From NCBI GenBank assembly GCA_030141605.1, contig JAQGDQ010000171.1, positions 62,001 to 126,000 of the forward strand: 64,000 nucleotides of DNA, given 5' to 3'. The DNA is from Tubiluchus corallicola. Lineage: Eukaryota; Animalia; Priapulida. Below the pieces are notes generated by a model that worked only from the letters and a program-made list of their open reading frames with translations, made no database searches and was not told the origin of the DNA. The position numbers and the translations under genes are program-made. Below, piece by piece: positions 36,661 to 55,462 of this stretch (position 1 is its first letter; each line of letters starts with the position of its first letter).

Positions 36661-37205
36661 ACTACCCCAATTTCAAGTCCCAAAAAATATACATGTTAAC
36701 ACAATTAATACTACAAAAGCGTTTCTGATAATTAGATTATCGTAGATTAGATAATTAGATAATCGATTATAAATTCCGCAAAAATATTCCACTAAGGTTT
36801 TGCACGTGTTTGCGAAAGCGAAAGCTACTGTAAGATATTCAGTCTGTTGTACTAAAACTAGGCAAGTTTTAAGATAAAAATTCAAATTTCAAATTTACCG
36901 CCATGCTCACGAATGAGCTGTCGAACGTGTGTAGCTCGTCACAAACTAACACATCTGAACTGAGATGTAGAGCACCTGTTTTTTGTGTAATGCGTTTCCG
37001 AAATGCAATTGCTAGTGCCCGTCTAACTAGTGAAAGGCGAAATGCATGTAACAGCGAAGAACTAGAGGCGCGAACGTGAAATTGTGTTTGTCTGGTAATA
37101 GTTTTTTTCACGTAAGTCATTTTTGAAAAAGTAGTATGTTTCGTTTCAATTTCTTAAAGAGTAGATTATTTTGACATATAGCTTAAGATTGGGTTTGATT
37201 TTGCT
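36661..37205 (+). mobile_element. Family B copy
   Basis: Colinear similarity to 38470-39039; ends TTTTGCT TTAA. Confidence 0.75.
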
Positions 37206-38445
37206 TTAAGTCCACTTGTTTTACTTCTATGTGCGCGGCCATTTGATTCCAGGCTGAAATTTGATAGCAGGAAGCAATGCGAATTATTAGATTTCTGGGG
37301 TGCAGCAAGAGCAGTTCTGGCCTTATAATACATGAAAGTACGTGTACCGGCAATCATATCTCTGATTATAATTATATTACTATATAGTAAAGAATTATTA
37401 TTACGTATGGTACCAACATTCAGATCAGTATCACATCGTAAAAGATAACAATAATCGGCGACATTAATTCATGTTTCATTGCTGTTGAATTAATCATTAC
37501 GCACAGTAAGACCTATTTTGTGCTGTTCTGAATACTGAATAGATATAATGCATATTAATAGTATCGATTCTATGCGTAATAAAGACAATGATACTAACAT
37601 TTAGAACTAGATAGAATAAATATTTATAGTTATTTAAATGTGCCATTTTTTTATATATTCTCATTCGAGCACGTTTCTGTTTGAATTACAAAATTAACAA
37701 AGATTTGTGTTAGTGGGTGAATATAGTAGTTAATGTGCTCGAAGATGCTACCCCATCCACCAAATCATCAAAGGTCATTTGTTCTGAAATAATTGGTTGT
37801 GTTTTTAAATTAATGTTTGGGTTTTAGACTCTGTTACTACAAGTGTTTGACATCTGCTAAAATGTTGTATGTTGGATGTCCTTGAAACTCTGTTAACCGC
37901 TTTATTAAATAATAACTACTTTCTATCAATACTAATTTTGCGAGCTAGAATTTTCCTGATTTAGATACCTGAAAGAATAATTGATGAATCCAAAGTTAAA
38001 TAGGCATCAATTATCTCATTCTCTGCACAGTTATCCATGTTTATACATAAAATAAACTGTACAATGTACATGTGCCGACATTTTGTGCAATTATAATGTG
38101 ATTTTGTTTATAGTACAGACAAACAAGCAAACAAATGTTGTTTTATCATAAATTTATTGTTAAAACTTGATTACTGGAGCTGATAATGTGATCAGTCTTA
38201 GTGATTCGTACCCACAATGGCTGTATCACATTACTATGCCATACGGTGTGACATCAGACGTTTGAATTCTTCATGAACGTTTACATGACATTTTCACTTT
38301 TGTGGTATAATTTCTTTAGAAAATATTGACAGACACAAATTAAAATTCTAATTAACTTATTTGTCACGTTCTACAGTTAAAGGGACGTTGACACGCTTGT
38401 AACTAGGTGGTGCCCTAGTGGGGTGTTTAGCTACCCCTTCCTTAA

Positions 38446-39039
38446 AGAAGACGAGATTAAATTTCATATACTACCCCATTTTAACAGTCCGATAAAAAGT
38501 ATACATTTTAACACAATTAACACTGCAAAAGCGTTTCCGATAATTATATAATACATTAAAAACCTAATTAACAGCGGGCGAGCCTAACTATTGATGACAT
38601 CACAAACTAACATAATTTTCAACTGCAAAAATGTTCCACAAGCGAAAGCGAAAATTAAAGTACAGTGCTACTGTAAGATATTCAGCTGTTGTACTAAAAC
38701 CAGGCAAGCTTTAAGATTAAAAATTCAAATTTCAAATTTACCGCTGCGCTTGCGCATGAGCTGTCGAACGTGTGTATTTTGTCAGAAACTAAAACATCTG
38801 AGCTGAGAGGTACAGCACTTGTTTTCTGCGCGATGCGTTTCCAAAATGCAGGCGCTAGTGCCCGTCTAACCAGCGAATGGCGAAATGCATGTAACAGTGA
38901 AGAATTAGTGGCGCGAATGCGATATTGTGTTTGTCTGGTAATAATTCTTTCACGTAAGTCATTTTTGGTATGTTTCCTTTCAATATTTTTAAGCGTAAAT
39001 TGTTTTGACCTACAGTTTAACATTGGGTCTGGTTTTGCT
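38446..39039 (+). mobile_element. Dispersed non-autonomous element family B (TTAA-flanked, Kolobok-like), near full copy
   Basis: TTAA at both ends; shares internal blocks (AACACAATTAAYACTGCAAAAGCGTTT, GATGACATCRCAAACTAACATAATTTTCAAC, GCTAGTGCCCGTCTAAC) with the other copies. Confidence 0.8.
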
Positions 39040-39120
39040 TTAACATAAAGCTGATGCTTACTCATTGAGTGAAGCCACATTAGGCTCTTTTTTCCCATTT
39101 AAAAACAAAATACCCACACT

Positions 39121-39370
39121 TTTACAGTCTTATTTTATTTATAGATTTCAAGTGAGGCAGACCACGGCAAAACGCCCAGACACTTTAAAGTAAGAATATG
39201 TGAACATCTGGGTATTTCGTCTAGAAGTACAAGAAACTAAAAAAAATCATCAATCTAGCTTTAACTATCTTATTTGTGCTGCTTGTCACAAAGCTGATTT
39301 TAATAATATCAGCATTGTCATAAGAGCTACAAATAACTAGGACTTACTAATAAAAGAAAGTTTTGCGAAT
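39121..39370 (+). mobile_element. Penelope-like GIY-YIG fragment (same family as 7843-8121)
   Basis: HGKTPRHFKVRICEHLGISSR and CHKADFNNISIVIRATNN*DLLIKES; the nucleotide sequence resembles the reverse complement of 7920-8110. Confidence 0.75.
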
Positions 39371-39466
39371 TATTACGATTAAGTTAACATTTCAGGTGAA
39401 ACAGTGTAAGTAATTCATGATTGAAAACAGCTTGTTTTTTTAACATTTTATTCAACTGTAATAATA

Positions 39467-39559
<93 letters not shown>

Positions 39560-39812
39560 TTTATTTATTTAAATTTGGTGACTAGCTAAGCAATTAACAT
39601 TAGTTCAAAGAGCTATTATCACCGACTGTAAATAAGAAAACTGCACCTACATAACAGAGACTATTATACCCCATTTTTTGCCCTAAATACCACGCGCCAG
39701 GCAGGGCGGCAGTAGGTACCATTTTTAAAATCTTTGGTATTATCCGGCTGCTGTATCGAACTCACAACCTCCCAGACGAAAAACGGACACGTTACCACTA
39801 GATTTAACCGTC
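39560..39812 (-). mobile_element. tRNA-derived SINE
   Basis: On the - strand: A-box-like CTAGTGGTA, B-box-like GAGTTCGATAC, then ATACCAAAGATTTTAAAAATGGTACCTACTGC (a SINE core-type sequence) and an (ATT)/(ATC) microsatellite tail at 39460-39570. Confidence 0.6.
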
Positions 39813-40171
39813 TGGTCAAACGCTACACTTTATACTAAAGTCTTATTTAGCATTAATGATGCGATCTGAAATACTATTACAACTTCAAACAAATTTTTAA
39901 ACAACTAAATCTAATGTTAGTCGTGTTAGCCGTTAATTTGCTATTAACACTATTTGCAGCACTAGTGTCACCATCTGCTATAATTTTCATTGAACTAACA
40001 TGAGCTAATAAACACCTTTAAGGCTCATACCATGTGAATTTGACTGTGATTTCATCTCCAATCTCGGATAGTAATGGTAAAAATGCGAGCAGTTAGAAAT
40101 CCCTGAGGTTAGACCAAAGCTGGATAGTTACATATCTATAAAATAGTTACTAGTTTTACAGAAAACATTAA

Positions 40172-40662
40172 AGGAAAACCGTACCTAGTTTTAAACAATA
40201 GCTCAAGACAATCTTATCTGTAAAATATTGAAAAAGAAAGTACCGTTTTTTCATTTGTTTGTAATTTCAAGTTCGCGCAACTAGTTCTTCGCTGTTGCAT
40301 ATATTTCGCCATTCGCTGGTTAGATGGGGACAGCGCCTGCATGTCGGAAACGCGTTGCACAAAAAACAGGTGCTGTACCTCTCAGTTCAGAGGTGTTCGT
40401 TATGCCGAAATTTTATTTATCATACTGAATGTTATACAACAACACTTACAAACACCTGCAATACGCTCTTGGAATGTTTGTGCTGTTGCAAATTATGTAA
40501 GTTTGTGACGTCATCAATGGCTAGGCTCGCCTCCCGTTAATTAAGTTTTTAACCTAATATTTAATGATCATAAAAAGCTTGGCATTATTATACGTGTTAA
40601 AATGTATATATTTTACCGTGCTTCAGAATGGGAAAGGATATGAAAAATCATCCTGTTTTCCT
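40172..40662 (-). mobile_element. Family B copy, inverted
   Basis: TTAA AGGAAAACC ... ATCATCCTGTTTTCCT; internal TTTCGCCATTCGCTGGTTAGA is the reverse complement of family B. Confidence 0.75.
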
Positions 40663-41024
40663 TGAATCGGTCTTCTTTTTCTCCGTACCACTTAACTTCT
40701 AAACAGGACAGTTCCTTAAGTCTGTAACGCTACAGGAGACAATAGTTTAGTCGGTTATTGTAAATAATTAATTATCATGATTAAATTAATGGTACGAGAA
40801 AACGGGTGTTTTCTCAGAATAAAGAACACGCCAGAAATTTGTAATTTTCAGTTGTAAACGAGCGTGTAACGTTGGCATTTTTAGAAAGATCAAGGTCGTG
40901 AAAATCAACACAACAAAATCCCACGCCTTTTGCTCTTCACGTTTTTATGTCTGGATAAGAGAAAAATTTTGCGAAATTTACATAATGTTTTTTCCGTTTG
41001 CAGGCGTTTACGGTAGGTGGCAAA

Positions 41025-48217
<7,193 letters not shown>

Positions 48218-49128
48218 GAAAAACAAGGACGTCATCCTGATCGTGTTAGCACCTTATGTGAAACTGAAGAGAGCAAAATGGCTACCGAAGAAACGTTCGA
48301 TTAGTAGGCTGGTTTCTTTACACGAAGGAATTTTTTCTGGCTCAAGACAAAAAAATTGGGTTACTAGTATGTACCGAATGGTAGAAGCATGCTAATGATT
48401 AGTTTCTTCGGCAGCCGAGAGGTTGTTTTTAAGTACCTCTAATCTCATTTGTCTGTATTATTATCATTAATTGTTTTTATAGCTGCATATTGTTTTAACT
48501 TTGAGCTAGTTTGTATGTATTTCTCTGTCTGCACCATGCATGTGTTTGCGCCGTCTAGTGGTGAGTCTCGAAAACTCACGCTCCTACTCTCCTCGAGGCT
48601 GATTTGTACAATTTTCAAGCAGTACCTGTTTCTATTATTGTATTGTTATTATCATTATGTAAATAGTTTAATGTTCTGTGTTGCAAATCAGCCAAATAAA
48701 AAATTATTGAATTGAAAAGATCAAAGGCTAAACATTCGATCCCCCCTCCCCCAGTTCAAAAGGGAAGCTTGCATTTGCTGCTATTGAACAGTATTTGCTG
48801 CAGAGGTTTGGTAACGTACTGTTTTTGGTTTCTGATCAGTTATTAATCGAAATAGCGATTATTTTTAGAAAAATGATGCTGAAGTGTTGCTAACCGTAAA
48901 TGGTGAAACTTCAAGTGGTACTTGTGCAACGCAGAAAAATGTCTGTCACAAAATTTCGCCACTTTTCCAAAAGGAGGTAGCTTATGAGAATGGACTTGCA
49001 CATGACCCTTACCTGAATTTTCTTGAGGAAAGCCACGATGAGCTTGCGAAAACTCGCGAAGTCTACCAGTTAGGTCACAATTTCAAGTGAATTGTGGCAA
49101 TCACCATGCCTGACAACATCTATTATTT

Positions 49129-50300
49129 TCACATAAACTTCTTGTAGGCAAATTCGCCAACAAATGTAAACAGTGCTACGCGAATACCAGATACCAAAAC
49201 CCAGAAAATTACCTCTAGTTGTTCTGCATTAATTGATAATATGTGCCTTAATGCTGCTTGGCAAGTTTATACGTTTTCTTGATGGTTGTATTCTTTTATA
49301 GTGTAGCAAAAGCAAAATTAAGCACTTCTGCATAGTTACTTTTCTTTGGTACAGCAAATGCTAATGGTGCAGAAAAAACTTGATAAAGGAGCGACAGAAA
49401 ATCTGCATTTTCCATGTAATTCATAGTCCTCTATTAAGTATATCTTTGCTTCAATATCATATACAAAAAATGCGTATTTTCCAGTAGATGTCAGCTCCAA
49501 TGCCGTTTCTACTTTGTTGGCAGGTACAGTAGCTCCTACTTTCCTTCTCTCACACAGTTGTCCATATTCCGATCTGTCTTTCATTTGCGTGGTGGAGCGA
49601 ACTGGCCTAATGTAACAAGGATTGCGTTGCTGTCTATTAACTCTTGCAATGCAGTGAATAGAAGAACTTGCTTGCTTGCAAATAGTTTACTAACGAACGC
49701 GTCCGTATATATGGCTCTGGTGATAGAAGCAAAAATCCACCACCATCCAGTAAGCATCCTAACGGGAAAATGCTGTGGTAGGCATGTTCCATCTTGTTGG
49801 AGGTATGACGATAGTGTGTACTGGGTAAAATACGCCTTACTTTCATTCTTTCTCATTTGTTTTTCCAGTATACATTTCACATTTCCTGCGTGCTTTACCA
49901 CCTTTTACTTGTACAGTATGGTTTTACCATAGTCAATGTAAATGTATAGTCAATGTATAGTAAAGTATCGTTATGCCATATATTACCAGAAGTAGTCAGA
50001 CAGGTGTGGAAAGTGGGCATTTTATGCTAAAGCCTTCTAATTGACATCTTTTTGTGATAAACACACGAGAATCATAAGGAAATGGATGAAAAAACGTCAC
50101 ATGTTTTGTTCTTTCTGGTAACATTGTGATTAATCCCAGCAATATGTTGAATTCTCCGAAATCAAATGATCTGTAGCTTCCTTTAGTTTAAGTCGAAATA
50201 TTGTATGAGGAGGTTGCTGCTTCGCTACGCATCATAAGGACCAAAAATGGCTTCGTAGGGTTAGTTGTCCACAATCCCACCCGAGGCGTTGCTCCTTGGA
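49129..50300 (-). pseudogene. Intronless ionotropic glutamate receptor-like / ionotropic receptor (IR) pseudogene
   Basis: Minus-strand fragments in the correct order: S1 GEFNILLGLITMLPERTKHVTFFHPF; M1 PLSTPV*LLLVIY (Trp codon to TGA at 49996-49998); M3 PVRMLTGWWWIFASITRAIYTDAFVSKL; S2 GKYAFF..C and LAFAVPKKSNYAEVLN; M4 EQLEVIFWVLVSGIRVALFTFVGEF, with stop at 49129-49131. Several frameshifts separate the blocks. Confidence 0.8.
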
Positions 50301-50911
50301 GTTAGTAACCCAGTCTGCTGGAGTTCTGGTTATAAAACGTACGAACATTTTCCTGGTTTTACCAGCTGCTGTAATTTTCATCTCTTGTTTTAATTGCTAC
50401 GCAGAGTTTTATCGAAGCAAAAACGCCCAAGGAAATAAAATAATAATGTTTTAAGAAATGACGACATTTTTTAGGGTAGAAGTTTAAGACACAAACATTA
50501 ACTGATTCACACTATGCAGTCGTGACGTGCAGAGGGGATAATCATAAAAACGTTTTCTGCTGATCGTGTTTACCACATTGCCAATGTATAATCGTCTGTT
50601 ATTTCCTGCAATTATATGCAATAAACATAACAGAGTGCATAGTAATCCACTGGGCACCTGCTACATGTTTGTTTGCCTATCAACATTTTCTAATGTTTAA
50701 TTGTCTTTCTCCTGTTGCCAGCTGCGTCAACATTACCGGCTACCTAATGTTACCACAAAAACCCACCTAAAAACATATTGCACAGCAGAATTCCCTGAAG
50801 TACACACCACCGGAAACATTTGCATACATTTAGTCTGTTATGTAATAAAGGATATGTTTTTTTGTACTCAGCGCTGGTGCTGGTACAGGCGGAAGAGAAG
50901 AGGTGAGAAAT

Positions 50912-51170
50912 AAGAGAAGAGGAGAGGAGAGGAGAGGAGAGAAGAGGAGAGAAGAGAAAAGAAGAGAAGAGAAGAGGAGAGGAGAGAAGAGAAGAGAAGA
51001 GAAGAGAAGAGAAGAGAAGAGAAGAGAAGAGGAGAGGAGAGGAGAGGAGAGAAGAGAAGAGAAGAGAAGAGAAGAGAAGAGAAGAGAAGAGAAGAGAAGA
51101 GAAGAGAAGAGAAGAGAAGAGAAGAGAAGAGAAGAGAAGAGAAGAGAAGAGAAGAGAAGAGAAGAGAAGA
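50912..51170. repeat. (GAAGA/GGAGA)n microsatellite
   Basis: Directly visible. Confidence 0.95.
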
Positions 51171-52040
51171 GTCCGGATGAAGCTGTTATACCGTCGCAGA
51201 CTGCCAACCTGAAGAGTTCTTTATAAACGCAGCAGTAAAAATGCAAAATAGAAAAGATAGGGGTATAAACATTTGACATGGAGTTCTCAGTTTTTAACAC
51301 AGAAAATAAACTCCTTTTAATGAATAGTTATGCTATAAGGTATAAAGTGAAAGAAATAGATGTGCTTAAGGATGCCGTGGGCTGGATTTTAGCTTAGCAT
51401 TGTTAGTATTAAAATGAATAGCCGTACACTATTTTGTTCCTGGACCTTTGAGCATCGTGCGTTCGTTGCCAGACAAAGCGACATAGCTTCTTTCTGTTGT
51501 CAAGGTGAGAGCTATTTGTTTAGCTTTAAAAAATCCTTAAACGAACTTCTGCTCTGCTTAGAAAATATAGCTGCAATTTTTCTGAGAGCAGCTTACGTTA
51601 TGACAGTAGTTAATGGTTGCAGAGGAAATGGAGATATTACTTATGATGGCGAATCTGCAGTAATACAATAATACCAGATAATACTAGAGTTGCCGAATGC
51701 AAGTACCAAGGTCGAACCACACAGAATAGCTACAGAACTGACTGCGACGAGCATTGCTATTTTTAAAACTTAACAAAGGACGAGTTTGCGGACAGGATTT
51801 CTCTAATTCGCTGAAGAATATGCCTTTCCTTGCCTTGCCTTTCCTTGAATAAATGCCATTTATAAATGAGGCTTACATAATCGCAAGTTTATGAAATGTG
51901 AGCAATTAGCGTCGGCCAAACCTATAATAAATTTCACGACTACTGATAATAAACTAATCTAATATATCATCCAACGACCTTCAGGCTTTATTAGTGACGG
52001 GAGAAAAAGCAAATTTGTTCTACTTAGTTTGTCGTGTAAG

Positions 52041-52220
52041 CAGGGCCTATTTCAGCCTAGGCGAGGCCCGGGGAAGTGGGGTGTGTGAGGCCCCATCGGG
52101 GGGGGGGGGTGTAGCGCTACCATGGTTACAAAAAAATGTTACCTCGACGCGAGGCCCCCCTGGAGGGTGAGGCCCCGGGGAAGTATCCCCACTTCCCCCG
52201 CCCCCTTGAAATAGGCCCTG
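52041..52220. mobile_element. 180-bp GC-rich hAT-like MITE
   Basis: Perfect 14-bp TIR CAGGGCCTATTTCA/TGAAATAGGCCCTG and a perfect 8-bp TSD CGTGTAAG (52033-52040 and 52221-52228). Confidence 0.9.
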
Positions 52221-54149
52221 CGTGTAAGTGTAACTAAGCAATCAGGATTTCGGCAGTTTTGAATTAGCTGGGTTTCGTATCTGTATACAATTATTATAAC
52301 AATGAACTCATCTTTATGAACTGAAAAATAATATTGTGTCATTACGTCAAATATTTGCTAATTCTTAATCTTTACATTGCAATTAAATCATATACAATGT
52401 AGCAATTTCCTCAGGAATTCATCGATAACAGCGCATCAGTTTTAAATTACGACCAGTTTCAATATACACCCGGGTAAAATCAAAGTAGATTTAGTATACC
52501 CACACACAGAGTAATATGAAACCACAACTTGCGACCACCACCAGTTATATTGGCGGCTAAAATTAGTGGGAGTGTTGCTTCAGAAAATTTTTAGTCATTG
52601 TTTTAATACCGCGTGTAAAACGTAACAAACATATGTAATTTTAAATTTTGTAGTTATATTTGAAGATCGGGTGCTGAACGGCCTCTTAACTGCAACTTTC
52701 TCATGGACAGAGAACTGTGAAGATTTAAGCTGTTGTAGTTCACTTACTGTCACATAACTAATTTCTTGGGGATGCAAGGCGACCATTATTAAATAATTTA
52801 TGTTTTAAGCACACACGCTAAGTTCAGACTATCACATCCAAGAATATGACGGTACACGGCAACCACGTGGTAATTGTTACTGTGCAGCTGTGTTACCTAG
52901 CAGCAGACGCTAGCGTACAGCGTATTATCCTAGACATGTGCGCATGGCCGCATGCACACAACAGCCAAACACCACATTGCTTAGGCTGCGAAGCAAATTG
53001 TACTTCCCTCACTTGCTCCTGTTCTGCACAAGTATTAAAACTAAAGAAAAAAGATTATTATATTGAATATTAGCGACAATAATGAGTGAAAATAGGGGGT
53101 ACTGTACTACTACAGTAGCTATACACGAGCCGCCACTGCAAGTTTCCCGTTACCTCCTCAGTTTCACCTACGATCGTGTACTGCTATTGCATGTAAGAAA
53201 TCGGTTGCCATAACTGCATTGTGGTGTACAAAAAGCACACAGACATAAAAAGCGGCAAATTGCGAACCCATTTTAGCAACATTAGAGCGAGGGTTTACTA
53301 GATATCTAGTTACGTGTTCTGTGTTGCGTCAGTACGAGTACACAGACGTTGTGATGAAAAGTTTTGTAATTCTACACTCTTTGTGAACCGCATGTTTCAC
53401 ATTTTATTTAAAAATTCGTACTCTTAAATCCAATGCCATTAAAGTCTAAAAAATGCAAGTTTTTTGCCAAATTCTCAGTTTTTTTACTGTCAAATATTTA
53501 TTCGTAATAAAGGCATTCGTGAGTGTAAATTGGTTAGTCGGTTAAATGATCGATTACGTTGTTCCTAAATTGAAAATTATTGTATTCACTGTTGTAATCA
53601 GATATAATGGTACATCGAATAAAATAAATAATATTCCGTTAGACAATAAACAACATCAAATACAATAAATAATAATCCTAAAAATCGTCAAAAATGTACG
53701 ACAATTTTAAGTTAAAAGCTTTACTTGGTATTCATTGAACACGATTTTAATTTAGTGCATAAATAAAAATTTGTATGTGACATGCTGAGTTATTAATAAG
53801 GACGTTCCAAATTTTTTACATTTTCACAATAACGTCAGAAGTTATACTATGTATTACAGAACGTGTGTGACAAAGCAACCATTCACTCTAAATAATTTTT
53901 ACTTCTGTAACCGTCGAGAAATTGTACTTTTTTAGTTGCGTTGAGTTTACCTTTCAGGAAACCATTACTATCTAGAACTAAAAATAATTTCACTGGTGTT
54001 GGACTTCGCTCGTGGTGGAGGTAATTTCAGACTAGTGGGGTATTTCTATTCTAGTTTTAAGAAACCCCAGAAGAAACTTTAAACGAAATTTAGACGTACA
54101 CCCGGTAATACAAGTGAGTCTGAATTTTCGGTGGGAGACGGAGGGAAAC

Positions 54150-54190
54150 ATTATTATCATTATTATTATTATTATGATTATTATTATTAC

Positions 54191-54260
<70 letters not shown>

Positions 54261-54278
54261 GTTATTATTATTATTATA
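54150..54278. repeat. (ATT)n microsatellite
   Basis: Directly visible. Confidence 0.95.
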
Positions 54279-55077
54279 AGTCTTTTATTTGCACACAAAT
54301 ACAAATTATAATACAATATGTACAAGTGCTGCCCTCTGTCTATTTGTACGGCAAAACTACTTAATGGTTAGTGCAATCAAACCGGTAGTTAAATTTACAT
54401 ATATAAGTTTATATCACAATAAAGTTATAAATTATTTACAATGTTTTCTCTTTTTTTACATTAATAAAATTATCTAATTTTATCAAACAATTTTCTGAGA
54501 ATGTTTTCACTTGAAACACCATATATTTTTAGTGTACCGTAATACATAAACATGTAGGTATTATCTATATATCTACATACAAAATGGGTATATTGAGAAG
54601 GGGATATAGTCAAATTGTTACACTCGGAAGGCAAAGTGATGAATTCGTGTTGCAATATTGCCTTCGCTCTCATCTAGACGGATCGAGAACAGAATTTCAC
54701 AAACAATCGATATGGCAATTATGTCAACGAAAGGAATGGTATGCGATATCCTTACAAGGAAAGTGCTAAAATGATCTCGCTGGATTAATATTTCACGTTG
54801 TGTAGTCACGCATGGCTATGAAAAATTCATACCCCTTCTGCCCAAACATGTATCACTGGCTGCGCCAGAATACGAAGCAATTCATCATTTTATTGGCTTC
54901 TCTGGGGCACAAAAATAACAAATAATTGCCACCGATTGCTGATTACAGGAAATAATTTCACGGCAGTCGGCCAAGGTAGAGGAATAATAACCATTATCCC
55001 TCCACCCACAGTAACATGGTCCACCACTGCTGCGCTCAAACAGTTTACTCGACCTTTCCGTGGGACGCATACTAATT

Positions 55078-55462
55078 AGCGTCAAGATAGGTCAAGATGC
55101 CTGGAAGAATGTCAAGGAGTAGCAGAAAGGTGCCAAGAAAAAATTAAGGCAGCATCAAGAAGTGTCAAGGAGCGTCAAAGGTAAATAGACTCAAGCGCGT
55201 GCATCAAAGATCATGAGAAAGTTGAATAACGTCAAGTAAGATGACACGGAGCTATAAGAAACAATATAGAAATAAACCAATGTTAAATTAATACAGCTGA
55301 GTGAAAGCCTGGATTTTTTCATCATTGACTGGTTTTAAACTTTTCCTTGACGCTGTCAATGTTTTGATTACTTTCATGAGTTCATTACTTGTTGCTCTTA
55401 ATTCTAGCCTTGACGTTTTTCCTTGACACTTCTTGTGCCTCCTAATACTTCTTGACGTGCCT
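55078..55462. repeat. Foldback element with inverted subrepeat arrays
   Basis: The left part is rich in GTCAAG(GA) and the right part in (TC)CTTGAC, e.g. AAGAAGTGTCAAGGA vs TCCTTGACACTTCTT. Confidence 0.55.

Noticed and set aside
38694-39098. 134-aa ORF and the similar ORF at 36869-37120 as paralogous genes
   Set aside because: Both lie within copies of the non-coding family B transposon.
48869-49090. Coding-looking segment as an alternative last collagen exon
   Set aside because: Its open frame needs a phase-0 junction but the collagen donor is phase 1, which gives an immediate stop; no recognisable homology.
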